64,000 nt of DNA from Isurus oxyrinchus. Taxonomy: Eukaryota. The translations under genes and the position numbers were made by a program. Positions 41,101-52,904 of this stretch are shown here, in pieces. How positions within the stretch are numbered: position 1 is the first letter of the stretch; every line of letters starts with the position of its first letter. The notes beneath the pieces were generated by a model. The model saw nothing but the letters and a program-made list of their open reading frames with translations, had not been told where the DNA came from and did no database searches. The stretch covers positions 109,678,001-109,742,000 of the forward strand of contig JANJGN010000007.1 in NCBI GenBank assembly GCA_026770705.1. The letters run 5' to 3'.

Positions 41101-42392
41101 GGATTAGAAAGGTGATGTGACACAGGCGCATCTGTCCGCAGCTCCTCCTCAGATGTCCGAAGAGTTCCCTCAGCGTCCATCGGGCATCGTGAGGATGGCG
41201 CTTCTGAGGGAGGAACAGAATACATCAGTTGATTACATTGTAACAAAGTGACTGTCCATGAATTACAGTTGCTTGTCAGAATGGACAGATGCCTCACTGA
41301 GGCACTGAGATTCGATGAGCAATGGAGACTGTTGATTAGAACTTCACATTAGAGATGTCTCGATCCTACAGCTCTTATTCACTTCCCCAGTCTCTCACTT
41401 GTCCTCTGGACTTTTACCTTCATCTGAGACCCCTGCCTCTCTGCGACCTGTGGACCTTGCTCCACGCTCACATATCCAGGGCGTCCATCTTGAACATGGA
41501 AAGTATCAGTATCTTGGGGGCCTCACCACCCATTCGTGCACACTCCAGCGCATTATGGCTTCTCTTCCCCTGTGCAGGCAAAAGTGCATTCATTAGTGCA
41601 CTCTCCACCTGCCACACCATCCCAGCCTCGCCCCCTCCAACCCAAGCAGACACAGGTTGAGGTGCCCATCAGTTTAGCATACCTTATCCTTCTATACACA
41701 CAAGGTAAGCAGGTACATCTCCCAGCCTTGGCTCGCACAGGGAAATGTGCCATTTGGCACTCTGCATCTCACATCCCTGAGAGCCACGAAGAACAACCAC
41801 TCTCCAAGATATTGATACATAGTTCCATGTCAAGTTGGTACTGACCTTTGCGGAGCACAGAAGATCATTGAACCATTTCAGCACTGGATCCATGTGCAAC
41901 GCACAACATCATGCCTGCTCACCTAAGCAACCACCTCCATCCAGGTCCTCTTTATCCGGTGGGGTGGCTTCCTCTTGCCATCCCACATCATGGGTATGTC
42001 ACTCACTGCCTACACTGGAGTGCACAGGCACTCATTCATCAGAGAATGGTGGTGGGGTGGGGGGGGCAGAGTGCCCAATGGCACTGCCCTCCCACCTGGC
42101 GTGCCCAGCGGGTGCTGACGCCATCACTCCTGTCAAGCATACGATCTTGCACTCTCTCATCAACAGTTCCCCAAGGGTCCTCCCCAACTCCTGGCAGCCT
42201 TCAGGGAGCTGCCTGCGCTCTTTTAAATGCCCCCTCCAGGTCACCACTGGATCCAGCTCGCGCCCCCGCCGGCAGCGCTGAGCCAGTGTCTGGGCATGTT
42301 TCATGCTGGCATGGCCCTTAATTGGCCAGCCAGCGTGAAATTGTGTCTGCGTTGCGATCGCGCATGCAGAATGTGCGTAAAGTTTAGGCCAT
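38132..42392. mobile_element. PIF/Harbinger transposon: degenerate DDE transposase (+, about 38560-39970) and convergent Myb/SANT-like gene (-, about 42100-40250)
   Basis: [65 protein letters not shown]; minus-strand KWFNDLLCSAK; imperfect TIRs CCAGAATTTTAC / GTAAAGTTTAGG. Confidence 0.88.
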
Positions 42393-42736
42393 GATATTTC
42401 TTTAGTAAATCTATGCTGGCTGCTCTCAATTAACCTACCCATTTCTAAATGTTCACCAATTATATCCTGGATTATTATGCATTAAAAAGCTTTGATTGTT
42501 TATCCAAAAGACATTCACAGCATGGTCACTATTGTTATGTAGACATGCACAGCATTTACCACCACAATCACTCAAAAAAAACTGCAGAGACGAATGGTCA
42601 GTTAATTTGCTTTTAGTAGAGTTGATTGAAGGATAAATGTTGGCCAAAGTACTGGGAGAAGTCCCCTGTTCTACTTCAAACAATGCAATTACATATTTTA
42701 CTTCCATCTACTCAAGCAAATGAAGTTTCAGTTTAA

Positions 42737-43447
42737 TGGCCCAGATTTCATCATCAGTGTTGAAGCGACAGCACTCACCACTGACATCAAAGGGAGCTGC
42801 CTACAAAAATCTACCAATTTCTATGGTATGGATTCCCCCCTTGCCAACCTCAGTTTGAATCTGGTGCCAAATCAAGGGGATCTTCAGACATCCAACCGTA
42901 GTGGTGTCATCAAGAAGGGTAAGCAGCCAATCACACTGAAGTATTCTCATAAACAGCTAACTAGGAAGTAAAATGCAGTGAACTTTTCGATTTAAATTAA
43001 AGCTTTATTGAGAGGAAAATAAATGATTGGAACATATGCATGGGTTCAAGGTGGAAACTGAAAGATAAACTATTTTTAAAAATTAAGATGTGATTTTTTA
43101 AATCATAAAAAAGAAATTTGACATCCCACAAATATAAAATTAGATTTCCATGGAGGAAGAAGCTGTTCAACAGTAATTATAACCAGAAAATCATTATCTC
43201 ATTCAACAAGGTGTAACTTTTTCAAAGATCTTTCCTCGTTCAAACGTGAAAATCTGTCAGTTCAATGATTTCTAATACGAAGCTTCAACAGCGCACCCTA
43301 TGGGGAAGCACAGAATCACTAACAGCAACTCCAGGGTTTCCGCGTAAACTTGTATAAATTAGGTCTTCAGAAAATGTCTTTAATTTCAGAGGATTATTTT
43401 GCCTATGCTAATAATTTAGTCGCCACTACTATCACAAAAATCGGGCA
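42737..43447. mobile_element. MITE-like non-autonomous element
   Basis: Ends GGCCCAGATTT ... AAAAATCGGGC are imperfect inverted repeats; it interrupts a DeuSINE-like copy. Confidence 0.5.
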
Positions 43448-43676
43448 ATATGCCTTCTGAAAGACAGCACTCCCTCAATATTGCATTGAATTGTCGGTCG
43501 ATTATTGCTCCGTGATCTTCTGATTCAAACAAAAGCGCACCCACTGATCTAAACTGACATTGAAATTGTTTCCTCGGCCTTGGTACCTCTGACTGTCTTT
43601 CGAGTCTTCTGATTGCTTAAGCCGTCTGAGAGTTTTAGCACCTTCTCCCAGCCCCATACGCCACGCCGCCCCTCAC

Positions 43677-43830
43677 CATGTGAGTACTCGAGCCCCCGGC
43701 TCCAGGCCTCGCTCACTTGCTCCTTCGTTTCCAGCAACAACGGGTTGAGTCCCGCAGGCTCCTGCTGCTTTAGCCGTCGCTTCCCTCCGCCTCCACTTTC
43801 TGGATCACTCTGAATCCTCTTGGAGCTCAT
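43677..43830 (-). CDS. OGFOD1: OGFOD1 exon 1 (coding part, 154 nt)
   Basis: ATG at 43830; MSSKRIQSDPESGGGGKRRLKQQEPAGLNPLLLETKEQVSEAWSRGLEYSH; donor G|GTGAGG; basic NLS-like KRRLK; GC-rich context. Confidence 0.88.
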
Positions 43831-43890
43831 CTCTACCCCGGAGAAGCAGTTCCAAATCCTGCGTCTCACCGCCTGCCGCTGCCTCACCAG

Positions 43891-43910
43891 GGACTACATT
43901 TCCCAGCAAC
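43891..43910. promoter_or_regulatory. ZNF143/THAP11-type ACTACAnnTCCCAG motif in the OGFOD1 promoter
   Basis: GGACTACATTTCCCAGCAAC about 60 bp upstream of the ATG in a GC/CpG-rich patch. Confidence 0.7.
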
Positions 43911-44109
43911 ACCCAGCTCACTACCAGAATCATCGCCTCCCGCAATGGCGTCTCCTAAAGGTCGGACAGGAGTTGCAGCCACTGGGGCAGCGCAGAATAA
44001 CCTGGCCAATGACAACTGCGCCATTCCCCACTCAGGCACTGGAGCGATGCGATGGTGCACTCCCAGTGGTAGCAAATGAGACTGCAGCCACTTGTGTTAA
44101 TATTTGCCG

Positions 44110-44285
44110 TTTGCTGTTTCTCTCAGCAGCATCAGAAGATTGCTGAAAGCTTCTGACCTTGCATTCATCAGGACAAATGGAAGAATGCCAAATTTCAAAC
44201 GCTCTATATTACAGGAGAAAAGGGTGCTGATTGATTAACAAGTTGATTCTGATTGGCAGAGTCATTGCCATGGAGCAAGCAACAG
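44110..44285 (-). mobile_element. Second Penelope-family terminal fragment
   Basis: Homologous to 53044-53196 and 53936-54088; CTGATGA hammerhead-like core on the minus strand. Confidence 0.65.
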
Positions 44286-44325
44286 GTCCATGTGATCCGC
44301 CGTTGGGCAGCCCTTGCTTAACAAC

Positions 44326-44958
44326 AGAGATAAAAACAAAGAAAACTGCGGATGCTGGAAATCCAAAACAAAAACAGAATTACCTGGAAAAACTCAGCAG
44401 GTCTGGCAGCATCGGCGGAGAAGAAAAGAGTTGACGTTTCGAGTCCGCATGACCCTTCGACAGAACTTGATTTCGAGTCCAAGAAAGAGTTGAAATATAA
44501 GCTGGTTTAAGGTGTGTGTGTGGGGGGGCGGAGAGAGAGAGAGAGAGACAGAGGTGCTTGTGTAGACAAACAAGCAGTGATAGAAGCAGATCATCAAAAG
44601 ATGTCAGTGACAATGCCCTACCATCCATTCTTAATTAGCACATTCGTTTAGATAATATCACCAACTTTAACTTTAACACCTATGTGTTTCTTTGTACCAT
44701 TGTCACTGACATCTTTTGATGATCTGCTTCTATCACTGCTTGTTTGTCTACACAAGCACTTCTGTCTCTCTCTCTCTCTCTCCGCCCCCCCCCCCCCGCC
44801 CCCCACACACACACCTTAAACCAGCTTATATTTCAACTCTTTCTTGGACTCGAAATCAAGTTCTGTCGAAGGGTCATGAGGACTCGAAACGTCAACTCTT
44901 TTCTTCTCCGCCGATGCTGCCAGACCTGCTGAGTTTTTCCAGGTAATTCTGTTTTTGT
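44326..44958. mobile_element. Palindromic Penelope pLTR insertion with 13-bp TSD
   Basis: Arms 44368-44615 and 44698-44958 are near-perfect reverse complements; TSD CTTGCTTAACAAC at 44313-44325 and 44959-44971. Confidence 0.93.
44859..44897 (+). ncRNA. Minimal type I hammerhead ribozyme-like motif in Penelope pLTR (variant core)
   Basis: AGUU-CUGUCGA-A-GGGUC augag GACUC-GAAAC-GUC-AACU; stems I and II pair; copies at 44429-44467 (-) and 20458-20497 (+); canonical CUGAAGA version at 55608-55643. Confidence 0.65.
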
Positions 44959-45149
44959 CTTGCTTAACAACTCTGAGTTCATGAAGAGCTACACAAACAA
45001 ACAGTTTAAGATAATCAGTGGAGTGCATAATGTGGCTCATTTATGCTTGCTAGAAGTGACATACTTTCATACGCAGGAGTTCATTCTCTGCAAACAAAAG
45101 GAATAAATTCAAGCCATGCACCTTTTTCAATTACCCTGGAGCTTGGAGA

Positions 45150-47375
45150 GCCTCTTGCTTAGGGATATAAGGTGCATTCAGAGGTCTTTAAAGGTGACAA
45201 GCCAAGTTGATATGGTGGTTAGGAAAGCAAATAGAACACTTGGATTGTACATAAGAGCATTGAATTTAAAAAAAGGAAATTATACCAAACCTTTATGAGC
45301 CACTGATTAAGCATCAGTTGGAGTATTGAGTTCAATTTTGGGCATCAGGCTTGAGGAAGCAGAGGGTGCAGAGGAGGTTTGCTAGGATGATACAAGTGTT
45401 TAAGAAAATAGATCATGACTCTCAACAAATGTATATCCCAGTGAGGAAGAAGGTTTCAAGGAAGGGGATAAACCAAACATGGTTAACAAAGGAAGTTAAG
45501 GACAGTATAAACTTGAAAGAAAAAATATACAATGCAGCAAAGATTAGTGGTAAAATAGAGGATTGGGAAAGTTTTTAAAACCAACAAAAGATGGCCAAAA
45601 TAATAATAAAGAGGGAGAAAAATTTTGAGGGTAAACTAGCAAGTAATATAAAAATAGACAGTAAGAACTTCTTTAAATATATAAAAAGGAGAGGCCAAAG
45701 TGAACAGAGGCTGCTCAGAGAATGAGGCTGGGGAAATGATAATGGGGAACCAGGAAATGTCAGTTGAATAAATGCTCAGTCTTCATGGCAGAAGACAGCA
45801 ATAGCATTCCAGAAGTACTAAATAATCAAGGGGCAAAGGGGGAGGGAGGATAACTATCACTAGGGAAAAAGTGCTAGGGAAACTAATTTGGCTAAAAGCG
45901 ATAAGTCCCCTGGACCTGATGGATTGTTGCATCCTAGGGTATTAAAAGAAGTAGTTACAGAGATAGTGAATGCACTGGTAGTAATCTTCCAAGCATCATT
46001 AGATTCTGGAAAAGACCTAGAGGATTAGAGAACTGCCAATGTAACACCCTTATTCAAAAAGGGAGGGAAACATAAAACAGGTAACTATAGCCCAGTTAGC
46101 TTGACACATTCATTGGAAAAATGTTGGAGTCTATTATACAGGATGTAATGCAGAACATTTAGAAATACATAATCTAATCAAGCGGTGTCAACATAGCTTC
46201 ATGAAGGGGAATCATGCCTAACAAATTTATTAGAATTATTTGAGGAGCTAACAATCAGGATAGATACAGGGGAACCAATAGATGTAATATATTTGGATTT
46301 CCAAAAGGTGTTCAATAAGGCAACTTAATAAGATAAGAGCCTTTTGTGTTGGGTGTAGTATATTAGCACGTATAAAGGATTGGCTAACTAATAGAAGACA
46401 GAGAGTTGGGATAAGGGGCATTTTCAGGATGGCAACCTGTAACTGGTGGAGGGCCACAGGGATAAGTGCTGGAGCCTCAATTATTTACAATATATGTTAA
46501 TGAGGCAAGTGGTGAGAATGACACAAGGAGCCTACAGAGGGATATAGACAAGTTAAGTGAATGGGCAGAAACTTGGCAGATGGGATATAATGTGAGAAAA
46601 TGTGAGGTTGTGCACTTTGGCAGGAAGAATAGAGAAGCTGAATATTATTTAAATGGAGAAAGACTGAAAAAAGCTGCAACACAGAGGGATTTGAGAGTCC
46701 TTGTTCATGAATCCCAAATAGCTAACATACAAGTTCAACAGGTAATCGGGAAGGCAGATGGAATGTTGGCCTTTATTTCCAATGGAAAGGAGTATAAAAA
46801 TAGGGAAGTCTTGCCAAAAATATGCAAGGCACTAGTTAGACCACACCTGGAATACTGTGAATAGTTTCGGATCCCTTATCTAAGGGAAGATATACTTCTG
46901 CTCCTATGTCTTATGGTCTTATGATGAGGAACTTTAATTATGTGGAGAGATTACAGAACCTGGAACTGCATAACCTTAGAATAAAATAAGTTAAAAGAAA
47001 GCCTAATAGAGGTAATCAAAAATGGGAGGGTTTTAATAGAAAAAGTAGAGAGAAACTTTACTCTGGCAAGTAAGTCAATGACCAGCGGTCATATATTTAA
47101 AATAATTGGCAAAAATTATGGGAAAATGAGGAAACAACTTTTTCACACATGGCGCTGTTAACATCAGGAGTGCAATACCTAAAATGGTGGTGGAATCAAG
47201 ATTCCATAGGAACTTTCAAATGGTGATTGAACATATACTAGAAAAGGATGAATTTGTCAAGAAATGAAGAGACATCTGGGATATAAGAGTAAATTGGAAA
47301 ACCCTTTCAAAGTGCTGAGACAAGCTAGATAGGCTGAGTAGTATTCTTCTGTGCTGTAAGTTCAATTCTATGATT
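45150..47375 (+). mobile_element. Nested CR1 LINEs: an older 3' fragment interrupted by an internally deleted CR1 (about 45395-46922)
   Basis: Outer RVQRRFARMI breaks at about 45392 and resumes at about 46923; inner copy has KSPGPD, YLDFQKVF, RPHLEYC and its own cttatg tail. Confidence 0.85.
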
Positions 47376-47519
47376 TGCAAACAATCTTCAACCATACTGA
47401 TTTTTTTTCAGTATTACCACAGATTATTATTTATGAAAGCAGAGCTATGAACGTTCCTAACAATCAACTTTCTGTCACACTGCTCATTATAGTTTGGATT
47501 TAGCTGAGTGCTGTACAGT

Positions 47520-47805
47520 CTCAGGGTAAAGGGCCGATCATTTAGGACTGAGATGAAGAGAAATGTCTTCACTCAAAGGGTTGTGAATCCTTGCAATTAT
47601 CTATCCCAGAGGGTTGTGGGTGCTCCATAGTTGAATACATTTAAGGCTGGGATAGACAGATTTTTGGTCTCTCAGGGAATTAAGGGATATGGGGACCGGG
47701 CAGGAAAATGTTGAAGACCAACAGGAGCCACAGATTGTATTGAAATGGCAGGGAAGGCTTGATGGGCCATGTGGTCTACTCCTGCACCTATTTTTATGTT
47801 CATAT
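47520..47805 (+). mobile_element. CR1 3' UTR fragment
   Basis: tttaggactgagatgaagagaaat...ctactcctgcacctatttttatgtt. Confidence 0.8.
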
Positions 47806-50800
47806 GTTACAGAAATGAGGTAATGAACACAATGTAATTCATGGAGTGAGAAGTAGAACATCAGCTTTTTAAAAATGTCAAATCAGGAGTTGTTCATCCA
47901 ATCCTGTTCGGCTATGTAAATTGTCTAACAAAGAATTGTTGCAACATTGGATTATTTTCATCAGAGATTAGACACTATGTTTATACAAACAGTAACTACT
48001 TACACCTCCAAATCCTAATCGAGGATGGATGCTTTTATCATTTACTCAAAATAATATGGTTAGCTAGCATTAAATTTCAGAAATGACTGATTTATTTAGA
48101 ACACAATATTAATGCTTATGATTCACCATAATTAATCATACACTTAAGATCAGCACTTACAATAAAATCATCTGAGCTTTTAGCCAGGGAACTCAAACAT
48201 ATTATGGTTCCAAGCTCAGGGTACTTGGTCGATCAGACTTTAATCAAATTCCAAAATATCTGTTCCAACAACCACTTTATATACCTTTTCCCCCAATGTT
48301 TGCATGTATTGTAGGTGCATTAATAGTAATTCAACACTGAATTGACTGTCCTGGACTTGTAGCCAGAGATCCATGCATTCTAATTTGTTATACTTGCAAC
48401 TTCCAGATTTTTGGTCTTTCTTGAGCAGGTGTTCATCTTCAAGTAAGACTTCAGTCTTCCAACAAAGGGAACTTCTCTGCTGTTCTGTGATTGCGAATTC
48501 TGACCATTTTAAAAACATTATCCACAAAATTAAACTTAAAATTATAAACCCATACCATTCAATATTAATCTCCTAATTATGATAAAAGGTGATCTAATTG
48601 TTTCTACTGAGTGCAATATCAACTAATTAAAGCTCTCTATTTTTAAATAGATTTATTGCCTAAACTGACCATTGCATTAAGGTCAGTCTTAGTTCAATAG
48701 TTCAGTGTTTCACTACATCTATATGAAAAATACATATGCAAAGGATAAAGCAAGACTGCCTTGTAATTATAATATTTGAAGACTTCAAAGCAATCTAATT
48801 ACCTCTTTCCTTACAGACCTGGGTATGAATCCAGCGTAGACTGATGAGAAGAAAATCTCTTCTTTCTTGGCTTTGTTTGGACCCAAGCAGCAGAGACAAA
48901 AGATGCATTACATTCAATTAGTCTTGTTATATCTAGGTTTTATATTTGATGCTATAATTTTTAAATCAATCTTTCCTCCCTCTTAAGCCAGCTTACTTTG
49001 AACATTAGCTATTCAAATTCACTTAGCAGTTGTTTAAAATACAAAAGCCTTCAACCAATTCTTTGATTGGCAACATTTAAAGTTAGGTTTCCACATTGGT
49101 AACAGCTGCATTCTAACCTTTGTTAGAATACAGTGCTTCACTACCTAAACTTTGAGTGTTAGGGCTCATCTTTATATTTTTATGTTGTTTGGTTCAATTC
49201 CGCACTCGTATAATGATCATTGCCTGGCACTTGTATGGAAAAAATGTTACTTGCCACTTAACAGTGCAAGCCTGGATGTTGTCCACGTGTCCCTGAATGC
49301 AGATACAGATTGCTCCAGTATCTGAGGAGTTGCAAATCTGTGGAGAGAGAGAAATAGTGTTAACATTTAAGCTTGATGTTTTTCATTCGTGCTGGAAGAT
49401 GTTAGAAATGAATAGCCTTTAAGGAAGTGCAGAGCCAGGAAAAATGGACAAAACTTCAGACTGTGAAAGTAATTACTGTTAGGGGAACTCGGTAGCCATA
49501 GTGAAAGATTCTGATTTAGAGTCTCCACTAAACCAGGGTGCATTATGAAAGGTTGGTTGTACATATACCTTTTAAGTGATGAGGGATATGTTGGTGAGTG
49601 GAAGAAAAGGAGGCGTGTCCCATGTGCTATGCTGCCTGCCCTGGAGGAGTCACTGCACTTCATTTGTCACAGGTTTGCAGTTATGGGAGTGAGAAAGTTG
49701 CCACTGAGTGTCAAAGTCAGTATCACCTAACTTCACGTGGAATAAATGACATGCCTGCCAAGCTTCCTAGTAAAAGCAATCTGTGCATCTTTAACTCAAT
49801 TTGCCCCAGGAGGACTTGAAACCCAGAATCAGGAAAACTCTATGCACTTCTTCACTAGCTTGATGCCATGAGCTGCTGCCTTGCTTGGTACACTGGAGAC
49901 ATATTTTTCAAAAATATCATAAAAAGGTAAATGAGACACACATGAAATTATCTGGGAGTCAAGTGAGGGCATCATCCACGCTCCTTCCTTACCTCCTTGT
50001 CCTTAATGCTGAATTGTGTAGATTGAACTGTCTTTATGAAAGTTGTCACCCGTTTCCATGTACTCCAGCCAATTATATATGTTTCACATGGGATGTACCA
50101 ATGACTACTCCAATTATGCAAATGAGCCCACTGTGGAAAATCCCTGATAAACTTTTCCAGACTACTGTTTACAATGGCTTGTCACTAGTGCCTGACAGTA
50201 GTATCTGAACAGGATTTGTTTAAGAATAAATAAATGCTTAAGAATCGTGCAGAAAGTTAATTAAACATATAAACTGAATTGTGCTTATGCTTCCTTTACT
50301 TATGTCTCTTAGTTAATGTTATAATGGGTATGGAAAGAAATTACTTGACACCTTCTGAGTATTATGACATCATAGAGGGGCACCAGCAATACCATGATAT
50401 CATTAACCATTGTTCTGATTGAATACTTGGAAGTTCATGGTTCAAGTTCCTTTAAACCTTACTAAGCATTCTCATCCATTCTTCAATGGTAATTAAGTTT
50501 TAACAAGATTTCAAATATGAACTTTACACTCATTTTTCTTCTATTTTCCACTTTTCCTGTCTTCTCTCTTGGAATGCTGCCTATGTGTTTGTTTCTATGG
50601 GTGCCAAGCAAGAATTTTCGAGGTGTAAATATATACAAGGAGTGTCTACACACTGTTTAACAGTGAAGGTATCTTGGCTGAGCCAATTCAGGCCTCAATT
50701 GCTTAGACCCTGGGAACTACAACAAACCCCACCTCAGATGGGAAGGCAGTACTCCCAACCTGTACCGTCATTTTCTGGATCGTCCAACTCAGAGCAACTG

Positions 50801-52904
50801 TGAGCTTGAGGTAAAGTTGTGCTCCCTATTGTTTGGTCTTTGCACACTGCCTTTACTAATGTCACTGAAGCAACTGATCAAAAGAAAAACCTCACTCAAG
50901 GTCAGCAATAAAGTTGATAACTGTAAAGGCTATCAAATAATTATTTATGCTAAGAACGTGAAGTACTTGAAGGATAGTACCCCTGCTAAGTTTTAATTTC
51001 CACTTAACTTAATGGTAAATTCACTTATGCTGTTCTCTTAGCAGGGAGTCAAGCTCAAAGGGAGCATGAGCTGGATAATCTTACAAATGAGCTATATCCG
51101 ATGTGGGTACCACTCAAAAGCAGCTAATGCCGGGATCATAGGATCACTGAACATTACTATATGTTTTTAAAGGTAGATCAGTCAGAACAATGGTTAATGA
51201 TGTCATGGTGTTGCTTGTGCCCCTCTATGATGCCATAATACTCAGGAAATGTTATTGCTTGATGGCATCATCAATATGGCAGGCATGCCAATCAAGTAAT
51301 TTCCTTCCATACCCATTATAATATTAATCAAGCGACATAAGTAGGAAACATCAGCACAATTCAATTTATTTGTTTGAAATTACTTTGCACATGATTGTTA
51401 AGAATTTATGTTGTACAATAAAAAGTGTAATATGACACTTTTATTTGCCAGGAACTGGACAATGTATTGATTACAGCACTATCATGTCAGCTCAGGAACC
51501 TAAGTATGAATCCAGCCCAGATTGAGAAATGATTGTATCTTCTATTTTGTTGGCCTTAAGAAGCTTAAGGAAATTGAATTTGAACAATTTCATCTCAGAT
51601 CTTGCTCCATATATTAGCTTTTTCTCTTTCATAAATTAATAAATGACTAACTTAGTTCAATAAAAAAAACTGTTCAAGGTTCTTAAAGTTGCATGTAATA
51701 TACAATACATATAACTCGGTATTTCAGTATTACTTAATGATTATCAACTTCTCTTTGATTTGCGTTTCTCCTATACAAGTAACAAAGTTAATGATCACTT
51801 TACTTTCTCTCTCCTCTTCAGACTGGAGACAATTCCAGCCCAGCGACCCCAAGGAATAATCTTGGTTCATTCTGCATCTTGGAATAATGCATCAGCTGAG
51901 TGATATGCAGTTGGAACCGGACTAGAAAGGAGATTGAATACTAGAAAGTAAAAATCAAAAACAAAGATCTGTATGGTAGAATAAGCTGGATGGATTGAAT
52001 TTCCTTGCCTTGTTCTCCATTCTATGTGCTTTGTTTTTACACCAGATGTAATGAAATCGCATTGTTAGATTATTTCAGCCAGGACCATTGAAACATTCTT
52101 GTTCTGTTATGTCAGGTATTGCTGGGCAATAGCAAACTGTATTGGACTCTTAAATGCTACACCTACAGAATATTTGCCTTCCATCAGTATCTATACCTTG
52201 CCCATTTCTGGTCCTGATGACTTACATTTTCAGCCTCTATTTCTTGCTGTTGTCTTTCATGTTCAGCCATTGGCATTCCCTCTCGAACTTGAACTCTTTT
52301 CTAACATTATAGACATTTCTCCAGCAGTTGGAGGCTGACAAAAGAGGATCTTGCTTTGCCTGAGTAGATAAATCTAAACAGTGCGCAGCACAACCAAGTT
52401 TTATCTATTCACAACACTCTCAAAACAGAACTTGGGTAAAACTTCAGTGCAACATAAATGCACCAACAATCCTCTAAAGTTGATCGTGTCAAGTCTGAAA
52501 ATCAGTCCAATAGGCTCTTCCTGCAGGAATGCATGTATATAACATATAAATAACATATGCTGGTATGCAGGCTGATGCAATAGAATGAATTACCATTTGT
52601 GATGATTATTTAGAAACTCTTATATAAATGTAACATTTATATTTAATAAAAATAAAGGTATATAAAGGTATATATAATTATGTAATTGGTTGATCTCACA
52701 TGGAATTGCTTATGAAGAAGATTATGAAAAGTATTGGTTTTCCATTTTTCCAATGTGCGTATCAGTGTGAGAGAGCAGAGGGACAGCACCAATAGGGTAG
52801 TTTAGATGAAAAATTCCTGTGATAAAAAGGCATTTTTTTGTATAAATCATTATTATCCAGTGCCCTATTTCTCTACTTTTCTCTGTGTGCCTTAATAAGG
52901 TTCA

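Noticed and set aside
43549-43887. 112-aa ORF as a single-exon gene or an N-terminally extended OGFOD1
   Set aside because: The track uses a non-ATG start and reads through the exon 1 donor into the intron; the spliced model from ATG 43830 fits
48800-51960. Plus-strand exon-like pieces (acceptors near 48816 and 51821, donor near 50810)
   Set aside because: No coherent reading frame and some overlap old SINE-like heads; they could be lncRNA exons but cannot be supported from sequence alone
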